Assembly: GCA_046744485.1 (NCBI GenBank)
Contig: JBKPHE010000045.1
Location: forward strand, 1 to 46,062
Source: Actinomycetota bacterium
GTDB lineage: Bacteria; Actinomycetota; Acidimicrobiia; Acidimicrobiales; VFJN01
DNA length: 46,062 bases
Direction: 5' to 3'
Made by a program: the position numbers and the translations under genes. Below the pieces are notes generated by a model, which was not told the origin of the DNA, did no database searches, and worked only from the letters and a program-made list of their open reading frames with translations. Positions 9,109-18,486 of this stretch are shown piece after piece (position 1 is the first letter of the stretch; each line of letters opens with the position of its first letter).

Positions 9109-9415
9109 CTCGCGCCACATCGACTCGACCAGAACGAGCGGGTAGGCCAGCATGCCCGCTCGTTCGCTGTCGCCACACTCGTCAGCGAGGCAAGTTTCCG
9201 GTCGGCGCTCTCGCTGTCAACCGGGTCGCCCTCCGTGCCGCGCTCGGCGCCTTCGCCACCGGGCCCGTCGAGCGCAACCGTCCCTGACCCCGACGATGTC
9301 GTCCATCGGTGATTGCGGGGCGACGGCGGTGGGTAGGCCTGGTGCGACGTCTGCGGCGCGGGGCGGCGTCGCAGACGCCCGCCACCGGCGCCGGGACACC
9401 TCGGGAGGCACTCTG

Positions 9416-9592
9416 ATGGCTGATGACAAGTTCGACGAGGTGAAGGGTCGAGCCAAGGAAGCCGCTGGCGACTTGACCGGCAACCGTGACCTCGAGCGCG
9501 AGGGGAAGGTCGATCGGGCGTCAGGCTCGATCAAGGACAAGCTCAACGACATCACCGACAAGCTGAAGGGGATGCTCCGCCGCGACCGTTGA
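9416..9592 (+). CDS. csbD: CsbD family general stress protein
   Basis: '[33 protein letters not shown]'; ggagg RBS. Confidence 0.88.
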   Translation: MADDKFDEVKGRAKEAAGDLTGNRDLEREGKVDRASGSIKDKLNDITDKLKGMLRRDR

Positions 9593-9631
9593 CGCCGGGC
9601 AGGAGCAAACCGCCGGCCTGGCCGATGTCGC

Positions 9632-10471
9632 TCAGGCCTCCTCGAGGACGAGCAGCCCGTTGTGGGTGGTCGACGTGGGCACATGCGTGGCTCGGTACAC
9701 CTCGCGCACGCCCGGCCCCAGTGCGCCGCGCATGACGAGCCACATGACGAGCTCGATGCCCTCCGAGCCAGCCTCCCGCAGGTACTCGACGTGGGGGATG
9801 CCGGCGATCGACTCGGGGTCGGCCACCAGCCCGTCGAGAAACCTGGTGTCGAAATCGACGTTGATGAAGCCGGCCCGCTCGCCCTGCAGTTGGTGTGACA
9901 TGCCGCCGGTGCCGAAGACGACCACCCGCTCGTCGCCCTCGAAGGCATCGATCGCCCGGCGGATGGCCTGGCCCAGCCGGTAACAGCGGTGGCCGGTCGG
10001 CGGCGGGTACTGGACCACGTTGACGCAGACTGGGATGACCCGGCTCGGCCACACCGTCGGCTGGCCGAACATGACCGACAACGGCACCGTGAGCCCGTGG
10101 TCGACCGGCATCTCGTTGACGAGGGTGAGGTCGAACTCGTCGATGATGAGCGACTCGGCCAGGTGCCAGGCCAGTTCCGGATGGCCCTGAACGACGGGCA
10201 CGGGGCGGGGGCCATAGCCCTCGTCGGCGGGCGGGAACTGGTCGGCCAGCCCGAGGGCGAAGGTGGGGATCACCTCGAGCGAGAACGCGGAGGCGTGGTC
10301 GTTGTAGACCACGATGCAGACGTCGGGCCGCACCTCGGCCATCCAGGCGCGGGCCGGCTCCAGCTTGGCGAAGTAGGGCGCCCAGTAGGGCTCATCGGTC
10401 TTGCCCTTGTCGATCGCCGCCCCGACCGCGGGCACGTGCGAGCACCCGACACCGCCGACGAGCCGGGCCAT
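9632..10471 (-). CDS. ligB: Protocatechuate 4,5-dioxygenase beta subunit
   Basis: 'SHVPAVG', 'YNDHASAF', 'ADEGYGPRP', 'VDHGLTVPL', 'GGMSHQLQG', 'GSEGIE'. Confidence 0.93.
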   Translation of the reverse strand: MARLVGGVGCSHVPAVGAAIDKGKTDEPYWAPYFAKLEPARAWMAEVRPDVCIVVYNDHASAFSLEVIPTFALGLADQFPPADEGYGPRPVPVVQGHPELAWHLAESLIIDEFDLTLVNEMPVDHGLTVPLSVMFGQPTVWPSRVIPVCVNVVQYPPPTGHRCYRLGQAIRRAIDAFEGDERVVVFGTGGMSHQLQGERAGFINVDFDTRFLDGLVADPESIAGIPHVEYLREAGSEGIELVMWLVMRGALGPGVREVYRATHVPTSTTHNGLLVLEEA

Positions 10472-10866
10472 CAGCGGGCCTCCCACTCGTCGCGGCGGCG
10501 GTTCCCGTCGGGAGAACGACCCCCGTCGCGCATCATGTGGGCGAAGTCCTCGGCGGTCATGCCGGTGTGCTCACCGGCCAGGTCCTGGAAGGTCATCCCG
10601 TCGCACGCTGCCAGCTTGTACGTGTAGTACACGTTGCCACCGAGCTCCAGGAGCCGCAGCCACTCGCGCCGCAGCACGGCCTCCCGCTGCTCGTCGTCCA
10701 GAGCGAAACGGTCGAGGTAGGCGCGCTCGTCGTTCCGGAAGGCATCGCGGTTGGCCGGCTGGTTGAGCGACATCAGGAACTTGTTGAGCGCGTAGCCCCT
10801 CCGGCTGCGCCCTCCGTCGAACACAATCGTCCCCGGGATGTCGTCGTACTCGTGGGGTGCCGGCAA
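10471..10866 (-). CDS. ligA: Protocatechuate 4,5-dioxygenase alpha subunit
   Basis: 'DIPGTIVFD..RSRRGYALNKFLMSL..NR..F..DERAYLD', 'GGNVYY..KL'; TTG start after ggaggg; stop overlaps ligB ATG. Confidence 0.92.
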   Translation of the reverse strand: MPAPHEYDDIPGTIVFDGGRSRRGYALNKFLMSLNQPANRDAFRNDERAYLDRFALDDEQREAVLRREWLRLLELGGNVYYTYKLAACDGMTFQDLAGEHTGMTAEDFAHMMRDGGRSPDGNRRRDEWEAR

Positions 10867-10910
10867 CGGACCACTCCCTCCTCGATGGGCGGTCGTCAGA
10901 CTAGCATCCA

Positions 10911-10934
10911 GCTGTTGACAAGATTGTTCACAAT
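10911..10934. promoter_or_regulatory. Tandem palindromic operator (GCTGTTGACAAG + ATTGTTCACAAT) in the divergent ligA/ligJ promoter
   Basis: AT-rich palindromes in GC-rich DNA; same motif at 14205, 19590 and 31101; resembles FadR/VanR-type GntR sites. Confidence 0.78.
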
Positions 10935-10948
10935 GTGAGCGGAACGCG

Positions 10949-11965
10949 ATGATCATCGATTGCCACGGGCACTACACCACGGCCCCGCCTCCACTCGGCG
11001 AGTTCCGCGAGGCGCAGAAGGCGGCCCTGGCCACCGACCCCGATCATGTCGGGGAGAAGGGCGTGGTCGCGATTGGCGACGACCAGATCCGGGAGAGCTT
11101 GGAGGGCGCCCAGCTGCGGTACCAGCGTCAGCGGGGCACCGACCTGACCCTGTTCTCCCCGCGGGCGTCGTGGATGGGCCACCACATCGGCAACATTCAC
11201 ACGAGCCGGTTCTGGACCGAGCACTGCAACGAGTTGATCCGGCGGGTCTGCGACCTGTACCCGCAGAACTTCGCCCCGGTGTGCCAGCTTCCGCAGTCCC
11301 CGGGCGCAGCGGTCGAGCCCTCGGTGCGCGAGCTACGGCGGTGCGTCGACGAGATGGGCTTCGTGGGCGCCAACGTCAACCCCGACCCCTCGGGCGGGTA
11401 CTGGGACGGCCCGCCGCTGGGCGATCGTTACTGGTACCCGCTGTACGAGGCACTGTGCGAGCTCGACGTCCCGGCCATGGTCCACGTGAGCGCCGCCTGC
11501 AACCCGCAGTTCCACACCACGGGGTCGCACTACCTCGGCGCCGACACGACGGCGTTCATGCAGTTGCTCACCTCCGACGTGTTCGCCGACTTCCCTGAGC
11601 TGCGCATCGTCATCCCCCACGGCGGCGGCGCCGTTCCCTACCACTGGGGCCGGTTCCGCGGCCTGGCGCAGGACATGGGCAAGCAGCCCCTCGAGGAGCT
11701 GCTGCTGGGGAACGTGTACTTCGACACCTGCGTGTACCACCAGGCCGGCATCGACTGCCTGCTGGCGGTGATCCCGGCGGAGAATGTCCTGTTCGCCTCG
11801 GAGATGATCGGGGCGGTGCGCGGCATCGACCCCGAGACCGGTCACCACTTCGACGACACGCGCCGGTACCTCGACGCCGCCGGGCTGGGCGAGGCCGAGC
11901 GCACCAAGATCTTCGAGACCAACGCCCGCCGCGTCTACCCGCGCCTGGAAGGAATCGCCGCATGA
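10949..11965 (+). CDS. ligJ: 4-oxalomesaconate hydratase (amidohydrolase fold)
   Basis: 'IIDCHGHYTTAP', 'FSPRASWMGHH', 'NPDPSGG', 'HGGGAVPYHWGRFRG', 'FASEMIGAVRG'. Confidence 0.93.
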   Translation: MIIDCHGHYTTAPPPLGEFREAQKAALATDPDHVGEKGVVAIGDDQIRESLEGAQLRYQRQRGTDLTLFSPRASWMGHHIGNIHTSRFWTEHCNELIRRVCDLYPQNFAPVCQLPQSPGAAVEPSVRELRRCVDEMGFVGANVNPDPSGGYWDGPPLGDRYWYPLYEALCELDVPAMVHVSAACNPQFHTTGSHYLGADTTAFMQLLTSDVFADFPELRIVIPHGGGAVPYHWGRFRGLAQDMGKQPLEELLLGNVYFDTCVYHQAGIDCLLAVIPAENVLFASEMIGAVRGIDPETGHHFDDTRRYLDAAGLGEAERTKIFETNARRVYPRLEGIAA

Positions 11966-12648
11966 ACGCCCGCCACGTCGTCGTCCGCACGATCGAACGC
12001 GCCGACCGCAGCGCTGTCGACGGCCTCGGCGGGCTCGGCACCGCCACGGTGCACGAGGCCATCGGGCGGCGCGGGTTTGCCGGCCCCCAGCTCCGCCCGA
12101 TCCAGCAAGGCACGCGGCTTGCCGGCACCGCCGTCACCGTGTCGAGCCACCCGGGCGACAATCTGATGATCCACGCCGCGGTGGAGGTGTGCCAGGAGGG
12201 CGACGTGCTCGTGGTTACCAACACGGCCCCGTCGACCCACGGCGTGTTCGGCGAGCTGCTGGCGTCGTCGTTCATGGCCCGGGGGGTGCGGGCGCTCGTG
12301 ACCGACGCCGGTGTGCGCGATACGGCGGAGCTGCGCGAGATGGGCTTCGCCGTGTGGTCGCAGCACGTGTCGTGCCAGGGGACCGTGACGGCCAGCCCCG
12401 GCTCGGTGAACGTCCCGGTCGTCCTCGGAGGGCAGGTCGTGGTGAGCCCCGGCGACGTCGTGTGTGGCGACGACGACGGGATTGTGGTGGTGCCGCGTGA
12501 CGAGGCGGCCTGGGCGCTCGAACGTTCGCGCGAGCGCGCGGCCAAGGAGGACGGCACGCGCGCCCGCCTCGCCGCGGGCGAGCTCGGCGTCGACATCTAC
12601 GGCCTGCGTGCCACGCTCGAGGCGCTGGGCGTGGAGTACGTCGGATGA
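11962..12648 (+). CDS. ligK: 4-carboxy-4-hydroxy-2-oxoadipate aldolase/oxaloacetate decarboxylase
   Basis: 'ATVHEA.GR.G', 'PGDNLMIHAA', 'DAGVRD', 'GSVNVPV', 'GELGVDIY'. Confidence 0.9.
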   Translation: MNARHVVVRTIERADRSAVDGLGGLGTATVHEAIGRRGFAGPQLRPIQQGTRLAGTAVTVSSHPGDNLMIHAAVEVCQEGDVLVVTNTAPSTHGVFGELLASSFMARGVRALVTDAGVRDTAELREMGFAVWSQHVSCQGTVTASPGSVNVPVVLGGQVVVSPGDVVCGDDDGIVVVPRDEAAWALERSRERAAKEDGTRARLAAGELGVDIYGLRATLEALGVEYVG

Positions 12649-13451
12649 CGGCGGTGGCGCGGGTCTGCGTCTTCGGGCTCGGCGAGGCCGGTTCGCTCAT
12701 CGCCGGCGACCTCGCCATGATCCCGGAGGTCGAGGTCCACGGCTACGACCCGGCCGAGGTGGAGACCCCGCCCGGCGTGGTGCGCCATGGCCACCCCGAG
12801 GCGGCGGCGGTCGGTGCCGACCTGGTGCTCGGCATCACCGCGGCCGCCGACGCCACGGTGGCGCTCACCCAGGCGCTCGACGCCATCCCCCGGGGGGCGG
12901 TCTACGCGGACCTCGCTACGGCGTCTGCCGGGCTCCAGCGGAGCTTGGCCGCGACTGCGGCCGCCGCCGGCCTGGGCTTCACCGACGTGGCGCTCATGTC
13001 ACCGGTGCACGGAACGGGACTGCGCACGCCGGCGTTGGCGTCGGGCCCAGCCGCCCGGGCATTCGTCGCGGCCATGGCACCGCTCGGCATGCCGGTGGAG
13101 CACGCGGGCGACGAGCCCGGGATGGCGGCGACCCGCAAGTTGCTGCGCAGCGTCGTCGTCAAGGGGTTGACGGCGCTGGTCGTCGAATCGATGCAGGCCG
13201 CCGAGGCGGCGGGGCTCGCGACCGAGACCTGGGACAACATCGTGGGCCAGCTCAGCGCGGCCGACGAGGGGCTCATCCGGCGGCTGGTCGCCGGGACCGG
13301 GCGGCATGCGGCCCGCCGCGTCCACGAGATGGAGGCGGCCGCCGAGCTGCTGGCGGAGCTGGGCGTAGAGCCCATCATGACCAATGCCACCGCAGCGCAG
13401 CTCCGCAGCGTGGCGGCCGACGCCGCGGCCGTCCCTTCGCTCCCGGGCTGA
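12645..13451 (+). CDS. NAD(P)-dependent 6PGD/beta-hydroxyacid dehydrogenase-like protein (DUF1932 C-terminus)
   Basis: 'GLGEAG' Rossmann motif, 'KLLRSVVVKGL', 'HAARRVHEM'; ATGA overlap with ligK. Confidence 0.85.
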   Translation: MTAVARVCVFGLGEAGSLIAGDLAMIPEVEVHGYDPAEVETPPGVVRHGHPEAAAVGADLVLGITAAADATVALTQALDAIPRGAVYADLATASAGLQRSLAATAAAAGLGFTDVALMSPVHGTGLRTPALASGPAARAFVAAMAPLGMPVEHAGDEPGMAATRKLLRSVVVKGLTALVVESMQAAEAAGLATETWDNIVGQLSAADEGLIRRLVAGTGRHAARRVHEMEAAAELLAELGVEPIMTNATAAQLRSVAADAAAVPSLPG

Positions 13452-13473
13452 CGGTCGCAGCGTGTGCCCAGGG

Positions 13474-14118
13474 TCACGCGCGCGTGTCGAACGCCTCCCA
13501 GTGGCGCAGGACGTCGATCACCGACGCCAGGTGGGCGCGCATCGCCGCCTCGGCGGCGGGCGCGTCGCCGGACGTCACCGCGTCGACGATGGCACGGTGC
13601 TGGGTGAGTGACTCGGCCGCACGGCCGGGCACCAGAGCCAACCGGAACTGGTGGTGGGCGGCACGGTTCCGCAGATTGGCCACCAGATCGTCGGCCACCT
13701 GGTGGCGGGCGATGCGGCAGAGCGAGCCGTGCAGGTTGCGGTTGAGCTTCGAGTAGGCGAGCTTGTCGTCCTGCTCGACGGCTTCGGTCATCTCGGCGAG
13801 CACGGCTCGGAGCCGGTCGCGCTCGATGTCGCTGGCTCGTTCGGCCGCGAGCCGGGCGATGAGACCTTCGAGCGCGGCCCGGGCCTCCGTGATCTCGACG
13901 GCCTCGGCGACGCTGATGCGGCGCACGGTGGCGCCCCGGTTGGCCTCGCGCTGCACGAGGCCCTCGGCGTCGAGCTCGACCAGCGCGGCCCGGATCGCCG
14001 CCCGACCGACGCCGTACCGCTCGGTCAGCTGTAGTTCGATCAGCCGTTCACCGGGCGGGAAGGCACCTTGGAGGATGTCATCTCGTAGCCGGTCGGCTAC
14101 GGGGGTCGCGATCACCAT
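13474..14118 (-). CDS. GntR family (FadR/FCD) transcriptional regulator
   Basis: 'LRDDILQG.FPPGERL.E..L..RYGVGR..IRAAL..L.AEGLV'; FCD His motifs 'N..LH', 'QHRAI', 'MRAH'. Confidence 0.92.
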   Translation of the reverse strand: MVIATPVADRLRDDILQGAFPPGERLIELQLTERYGVGRAAIRAALVELDAEGLVQREANRGATVRRISVAEAVEITEARAALEGLIARLAAERASDIERDRLRAVLAEMTEAVEQDDKLAYSKLNRNLHGSLCRIARHQVADDLVANLRNRAAHHQFRLALVPGRAAESLTQHRAIVDAVTSGDAPAAEAAMRAHLASVIDVLRHWEAFDTRA

Positions 14119-14204
14119 GGTCCGGTCAGTCTCTCAACTGGGCTGCACACGTTGGCGGATTCGCCGGGCCACGTGGGTTCGTGGAGCGCCGCATGACGGG
14201 GGAG

Positions 14205-14228
14205 ATCGTCAACAGTATTGTGCACAAC
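14205..14228. promoter_or_regulatory. Tandem operator (ATCGTCAACAGT + ATTGTGCACAAC) between gntR and ligC
   Basis: Same 12+12 bp architecture as 10911-10934. Confidence 0.72.
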
Positions 14229-14249
14229 ACGCCATCGTAGAGGAGGGGC

Positions 14250-15200
14250 ATGGCTCAGCGCATGGGGGTCGTGGTGGCCGGTGAGGGCGCGATCGCCCGC
14301 CAGCACATGGCCGCGCTGCGCCGCATCGAGGACGTCGAGGTGATCGGCGTTGCCGGGGGCGACCGCACGGCCACCGCCAGCTTCGCGGCCGAGTTCGGCA
14401 TCCCACGCCACGGGGTCGACCTGGAAGAGATGCTCGACGAGCCCGGGGTGGACGCCGCCATCCTCGCCAGTCCCACACCGGTCCACGCCGCACAGGCCAT
14501 CGAGGTCATGGACGCCGGCAAGCACGTCCTGATCGAGATCCCGATGGCCGACTGCCTGGCGGACGCAGAGGCCGTCGTCGCCGCCCAGCGGCGCACCGGC
14601 GTCACGGCCATGGTGTGCCACACCCGCCGGTTCAACCCGAGCCACCAGTGGGTCCACCGCCGGATCGTCTCGGGCGAGCTGACGCTGCAGCACCTGATCG
14701 TCTCGACGTTGTTCTTCCGCCGCGAGAACAAGAACGCGCTCGGCCAGCCTCGCTCGTGGACCGACAACCTCCTGTGGCACCACGCCTGCCACACGGTCGA
14801 CCTGTTCATCCATCAGACCGGTGAGATCCCGGCGAAGGCATGGGCGCAGCAGGGACCGCCGCATCCCGAGCTCGGCATCGCCATGGACCTCACGGTCGGG
14901 TTGCAGGCCCCGTCCGGGGCGCTGTGCACGCTGGCGCTGTCGTTCAACAACGACGGGCCACTCGGGACGACGTTCCGCTACATCGGCGACACCGGCACGT
15001 ACATCGCCCGGTACGACGACCTGGTCGACGGCTACGACGAGGCGATCGACGTGTCCGACGTGGACGTCTCGACGGACGGCATCGAGAACCAGGACCGCGA
15101 GTTCGTCGCGGCGGTGCGCGACGGGCGTGAACCGGCCGCGAGCGTCGCGCAGTGCCGGCCGACCATGCAGACGCTCGACCGCCTCGAGCAGAGCCTGTGA
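14250..15200 (+). CDS. ligC: 4-carboxy-2-hydroxymuconate-6-semialdehyde dehydrogenase (Gfo/Idh/MocA)
   Basis: 'AGKHVLIEIP', 'HTRRFNPSHQW', 'FFRRENKNALGQPRSWTD.LLWHHACHTVD', 'LSFNNDGPLG'. Confidence 0.92.
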   Translation: MAQRMGVVVAGEGAIARQHMAALRRIEDVEVIGVAGGDRTATASFAAEFGIPRHGVDLEEMLDEPGVDAAILASPTPVHAAQAIEVMDAGKHVLIEIPMADCLADAEAVVAAQRRTGVTAMVCHTRRFNPSHQWVHRRIVSGELTLQHLIVSTLFFRRENKNALGQPRSWTDNLLWHHACHTVDLFIHQTGEIPAKAWAQQGPPHPELGIAMDLTVGLQAPSGALCTLALSFNNDGPLGTTFRYIGDTGTYIARYDDLVDGYDEAIDVSDVDVSTDGIENQDREFVAAVRDGREPAASVAQCRPTMQTLDRLEQSL

Positions 15201-16390
15201 ACACCCTGCCCGGCGTGCCCGCACAGGTGCCGGTGGTGATCATCGGGGGTGGCCCCGCCGGGCTGTTGCTCGCCCGGCTGCTGGCGCTCCGGGGTGTCGA
15301 GTCGGTCGTCCTCGAGCGCCAGAGCCGCGAACACGTGTTGGCCCGGGTCCGGGCGGGGGTACTCGAGTGGGGCACCGTCGAGACGCTGCGGGCGGCGGGC
15401 GTCGGGGAGCGCATGGACCGAGAAGGCACGGTCCACGACGGCGTCGGCCTCAGTTTCTCGGGCCGTCACGTGCGGATCGACTTCAAGGGCCTCACCGGCA
15501 AGGGCGTGATGGTCTACGGCCAGACCCAGGTCACCAAGGACCTGTACGCCGCGGTCGACGGCATGGGCGTGCCGGTCTTCGACTGCGCAGCGGACGTCGT
15601 CCCCCACGACGTGTCCGGCACGGCTCCGTACGTCACGTTCGTCAGGGAGGGCACGAGCCATCGCATCGACTGCGACCACGTTGCTGGCTGCGACGGTTCC
15701 CACGGCGTGAGCCGCACTGTGATACCGCCGTCGGTGCTCCGCACCTACGAGCGGATCTATCCCTTCGGCTGGCTCGGCATCCTGTCCGAGACACCCCCGG
15801 TCGACAAGGAACTGATCTATGCCCACAGCGAGCGGGGCTTCGCCCTGTGTTCGATGCGCCACTCGATGCTGAGCCGCTACTACGTGCAGTGCGAGATCGA
15901 CGACGGGCTCGACGACTGGCCGGACGAGCGGTTCTGGGTGGAATTGCGCGGCCGCCTGCCCGGCGAGGTAGCGGGCCGTCTGGTGACGGGCCCCTCCATC
16001 GAGAAGTCGCTGACGCCGCTGCGCAGCTTCGTTGCCGAGCCGCTGCGGTACGGGCGGCTCTACCTGGCCGGCGACGCCGGCCACGTCGTCCCACCCACGG
16101 GCGCCAAGGGCCTCAACCTCGCCGTCTCCGACGTCTGCTACCTGGCCACCGCGCTCGCCGACGCGGTGCACCGCCGCACGACCGGGGGCCTTGACCAGTA
16201 CTCGGGGCGGGCCCTGGCCCGCGTCTGGAAGGCCGTCCGCTTCTCGTGGTGGTTGACCATACTCATGCACCACTTCCCCGGCAGCGCCGAGTTCGACCGC
16301 CGCATCCAGGAAGCCGAGCTCGACTACCTGGCCGGCTCGGAGTCGGCCCAGCGGGCGTTCGCCGAGAACTACACGGGACTGCCGCTGTGA
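15197..16390 (+). CDS. pobA: 4-hydroxybenzoate 3-monooxygenase
   Basis: 'GGGPAG', 'RVRAGVLE', 'VYGQT', 'GCDG.HG', 'YPFGWLG', 'AGDAGH.VPPTGAKGLNLA', 'AENYTGLP'. Confidence 0.95.
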   Translation: MNTLPGVPAQVPVVIIGGGPAGLLLARLLALRGVESVVLERQSREHVLARVRAGVLEWGTVETLRAAGVGERMDREGTVHDGVGLSFSGRHVRIDFKGLTGKGVMVYGQTQVTKDLYAAVDGMGVPVFDCAADVVPHDVSGTAPYVTFVREGTSHRIDCDHVAGCDGSHGVSRTVIPPSVLRTYERIYPFGWLGILSETPPVDKELIYAHSERGFALCSMRHSMLSRYYVQCEIDDGLDDWPDERFWVELRGRLPGEVAGRLVTGPSIEKSLTPLRSFVAEPLRYGRLYLAGDAGHVVPPTGAKGLNLAVSDVCYLATALADAVHRRTTGGLDQYSGRALARVWKAVRFSWWLTILMHHFPGSAEFDRRIQEAELDYLAGSESAQRAFAENYTGLPL

Positions 16391-16413
16391 AGGCGGCGAG
16401 AAGGGAGACCGAC

Positions 16414-17532
16414 ATGCCGCACCGCACCGCCCCACCGTTCCGCGCCGACCACGTGGGGAGCCTGTTGCGCCCGCCAGAGGTGCTCCAGGCCCGGGAGGAG
16501 GCCGCCGCCGGGCGCATCACCGCCGAGGAGCGGCGGGCCATCGAGGACGAGGCCATCGCCGAGGTGGTCAAGATGCAGGAGGACATCGGCCTCCAGTCCG
16601 CCACCGACGGCGAGTTCCGCCGCCGGTTCTGGCACATGGACTTCATCTACCAGCTCGGGGGCATCCACCCGGGCGAGGACACGCTCAGGATCCATTTCCG
16701 CGACGAGCGGGGCGAGCTGTCGGCCGAGACACCGGTGCTGGTCATCGACGAGCGGATCTCGCTGCCCCACCCCATCTTCGGCGACGACTTCGCCGCGCTC
16801 GCCTCGATGACCACCACGGCGACGCCGAAGCTGACCATCCCGTCGCCGAGCATGGTCCACTATCGGGGCGGCCCGGCGGCGCTCGATCCCGACGTCTATC
16901 CCGACATGGACCAGTTCTGGGACGACCTGAGCTCCGCCTACGCGCAGCAGGTCGCCGCCGTGGCGGAGCTGGGGTGCACCTACCTGCAGTTCGACGACAC
17001 CAGCCTGGCGTACCTCAACGACCCGCAGCAGCGCGCCATGCTCACCGAGCGGGGCGACGACGCGGAGCACCAGCACCTGCGGTACATCCGCCAGATCAAC
17101 GCCGCCCTCGCCGACAAGCCCGAGGGCATGAGCGTCACGACCCACCTGTGCCGGGGCAACTACCGCTCGGCGTGGGCGGCGGAGGGGAGCTACGACTTCG
17201 TCGCCGAGGCGCTGTTCAACGAGCTGGCGGTCGACGGGTTCTTCCTCGAGTACGACGACGAGCGGTCGGGCGGCTTCGAGCCGCTGAGGTTCGTGCCACC
17301 GGGAAAGATGGTGGTGCTCGGCCTCGTGACCACCAAGCGCCCGGCGCTCGAGAGCAAGGACGTGCTCAAGCGCCGCATCGACGAGGCTGCGCGCCACGTC
17401 CCGCTCGACCAACTCTGCCTCTCGCCGCAGTGCGGGTTCTCGTCCACCGTCGAGGGCAACCTGCTCACCTACGACGACGAGGTCGCCAAGCTCCGCCTCA
17501 TCGTCGAGGTCGCCGGCGAGGTCTGGGGCTAG
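16414..17532 (+). CDS. Cobalamin-independent methionine synthase II (MetE catalytic-domain-only) family protein
   Basis: 'RADHVGSLLRP', 'TDGEFRR', Zn ligands 'HLCRGN', 'LEYD', 'SPQCGF'; lacks the N-terminal MetE half. Confidence 0.88.
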   Translation: MPHRTAPPFRADHVGSLLRPPEVLQAREEAAAGRITAEERRAIEDEAIAEVVKMQEDIGLQSATDGEFRRRFWHMDFIYQLGGIHPGEDTLRIHFRDERGELSAETPVLVIDERISLPHPIFGDDFAALASMTTTATPKLTIPSPSMVHYRGGPAALDPDVYPDMDQFWDDLSSAYAQQVAAVAELGCTYLQFDDTSLAYLNDPQQRAMLTERGDDAEHQHLRYIRQINAALADKPEGMSVTTHLCRGNYRSAWAAEGSYDFVAEALFNELAVDGFFLEYDDERSGGFEPLRFVPPGKMVVLGLVTTKRPALESKDVLKRRIDEAARHVPLDQLCLSPQCGFSSTVEGNLLTYDDEVAKLRLIVEVAGEVWG

Positions 17533-17533
17533 A

Positions 17534-17592
17534 CCGCAACGTTCCGGCGTTCGTTTGCGCCGGTTTTCGGCGTTTGGGAACGCCGGTTGCGG
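17534..17592. terminator. Imperfect inverted repeat between convergent genes (terminator or REP-like)
   Basis: ccgcaa..ccggcgttc pairs with gaacgccgg-ttgcgg. Confidence 0.45.
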
Positions 17593-17613
17593 GGCGGGTC
17601 AGGTGGGCTCGCC

Positions 17614-18486
17614 TCAGCCGAAGTCGTAGAGGCGCTGGGGGTTATCGACGAGGATGCGGTTGCGGGTGGCCTCGTCGGGCGCGAACTCGGCGAGCAGGTC
17701 GACCAGGTCGCCGTCGTCGGGCATGTGGCGCACGTTGGGATGCGGCCAGTCGGTTCCCCATAGCACGCGGTCGGGAGCGGCGGCGATGAGCGCCCGGGCG
17801 TAGGGGACCACGTCGTCGTACGGCGGCGGGCCCGCGGCCGTGAGTCGCTCGGCGCCCGACACCTTGACCCAACAGCGGTCGTCGGCGACGAGTCGCAGCA
17901 GCGCCTGGAACGGCTCCTGATCGAGCCCGGAAGTGGCGTCGACCCGGGCCATGTGGTCGATGACGCAGGGGCAGGGCATGCGGTCGAGCAACCCGGCATA
18001 CGTGGGCAGGTCGGCGGCGTCGAAATGGAGGACGACGTGCCAGCCGCGCGGCGCGACCCGCGCCACCGTGCGGTCGAAGCGCTCCAGGTCGGGGGCGCCG
18101 CCGAGGTGGGCGACGAAGTTGACGCGCGTTCCCCGGACCCCGGCCTCGTGCAACTCGTCGAGCTCGGCGTCGCCGGTGGCGTCGTCGATCATCGCCACAC
18201 CCGCGTAGCGCCCCTTGCCCTGGAGAAGTGCGTCGAGCAAGGCGGCATTGTCGGTTCCGTGGCAGCTCGCCTGGACGAGCACCGCCCGCTCGAGCCCGAG
18301 GCGGTCGTGGAGCCGCCGCAGGTCGTCGGCGCCGGCGTCCGGCGGGGTGTACCGGCGGGTGGGCGCGAAGGGGAAGCGGTCGGCCGGGCCGAACACGTGG
18401 CAGTGGGCGTCGCAGGCGCCGGGTGGGGGAGTGAACGCCCGCGGCGCATGGGGGTCGGGATGCGGCGCAGGGATCGTGCCCTCCAT
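17614..18486 (-). CDS. ligI: 2-pyrone-4,6-dicarboxylate lactonase
   Basis: 'DAHCHVFGP..RFPF', 'VQASCHGTDN', 'IDHMAR', 'WVKVSGAER', 'WGTDWPHPN'. Confidence 0.92.
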   Translation of the reverse strand: MEGTIPAPHPDPHAPRAFTPPPGACDAHCHVFGPADRFPFAPTRRYTPPDAGADDLRRLHDRLGLERAVLVQASCHGTDNAALLDALLQGKGRYAGVAMIDDATGDAELDELHEAGVRGTRVNFVAHLGGAPDLERFDRTVARVAPRGWHVVLHFDAADLPTYAGLLDRMPCPCVIDHMARVDATSGLDQEPFQALLRLVADDRCWVKVSGAERLTAAGPPPYDDVVPYARALIAAAPDRVLWGTDWPHPNVRHMPDDGDLVDLLAEFAPDEATRNRILVDNPQRLYDFG

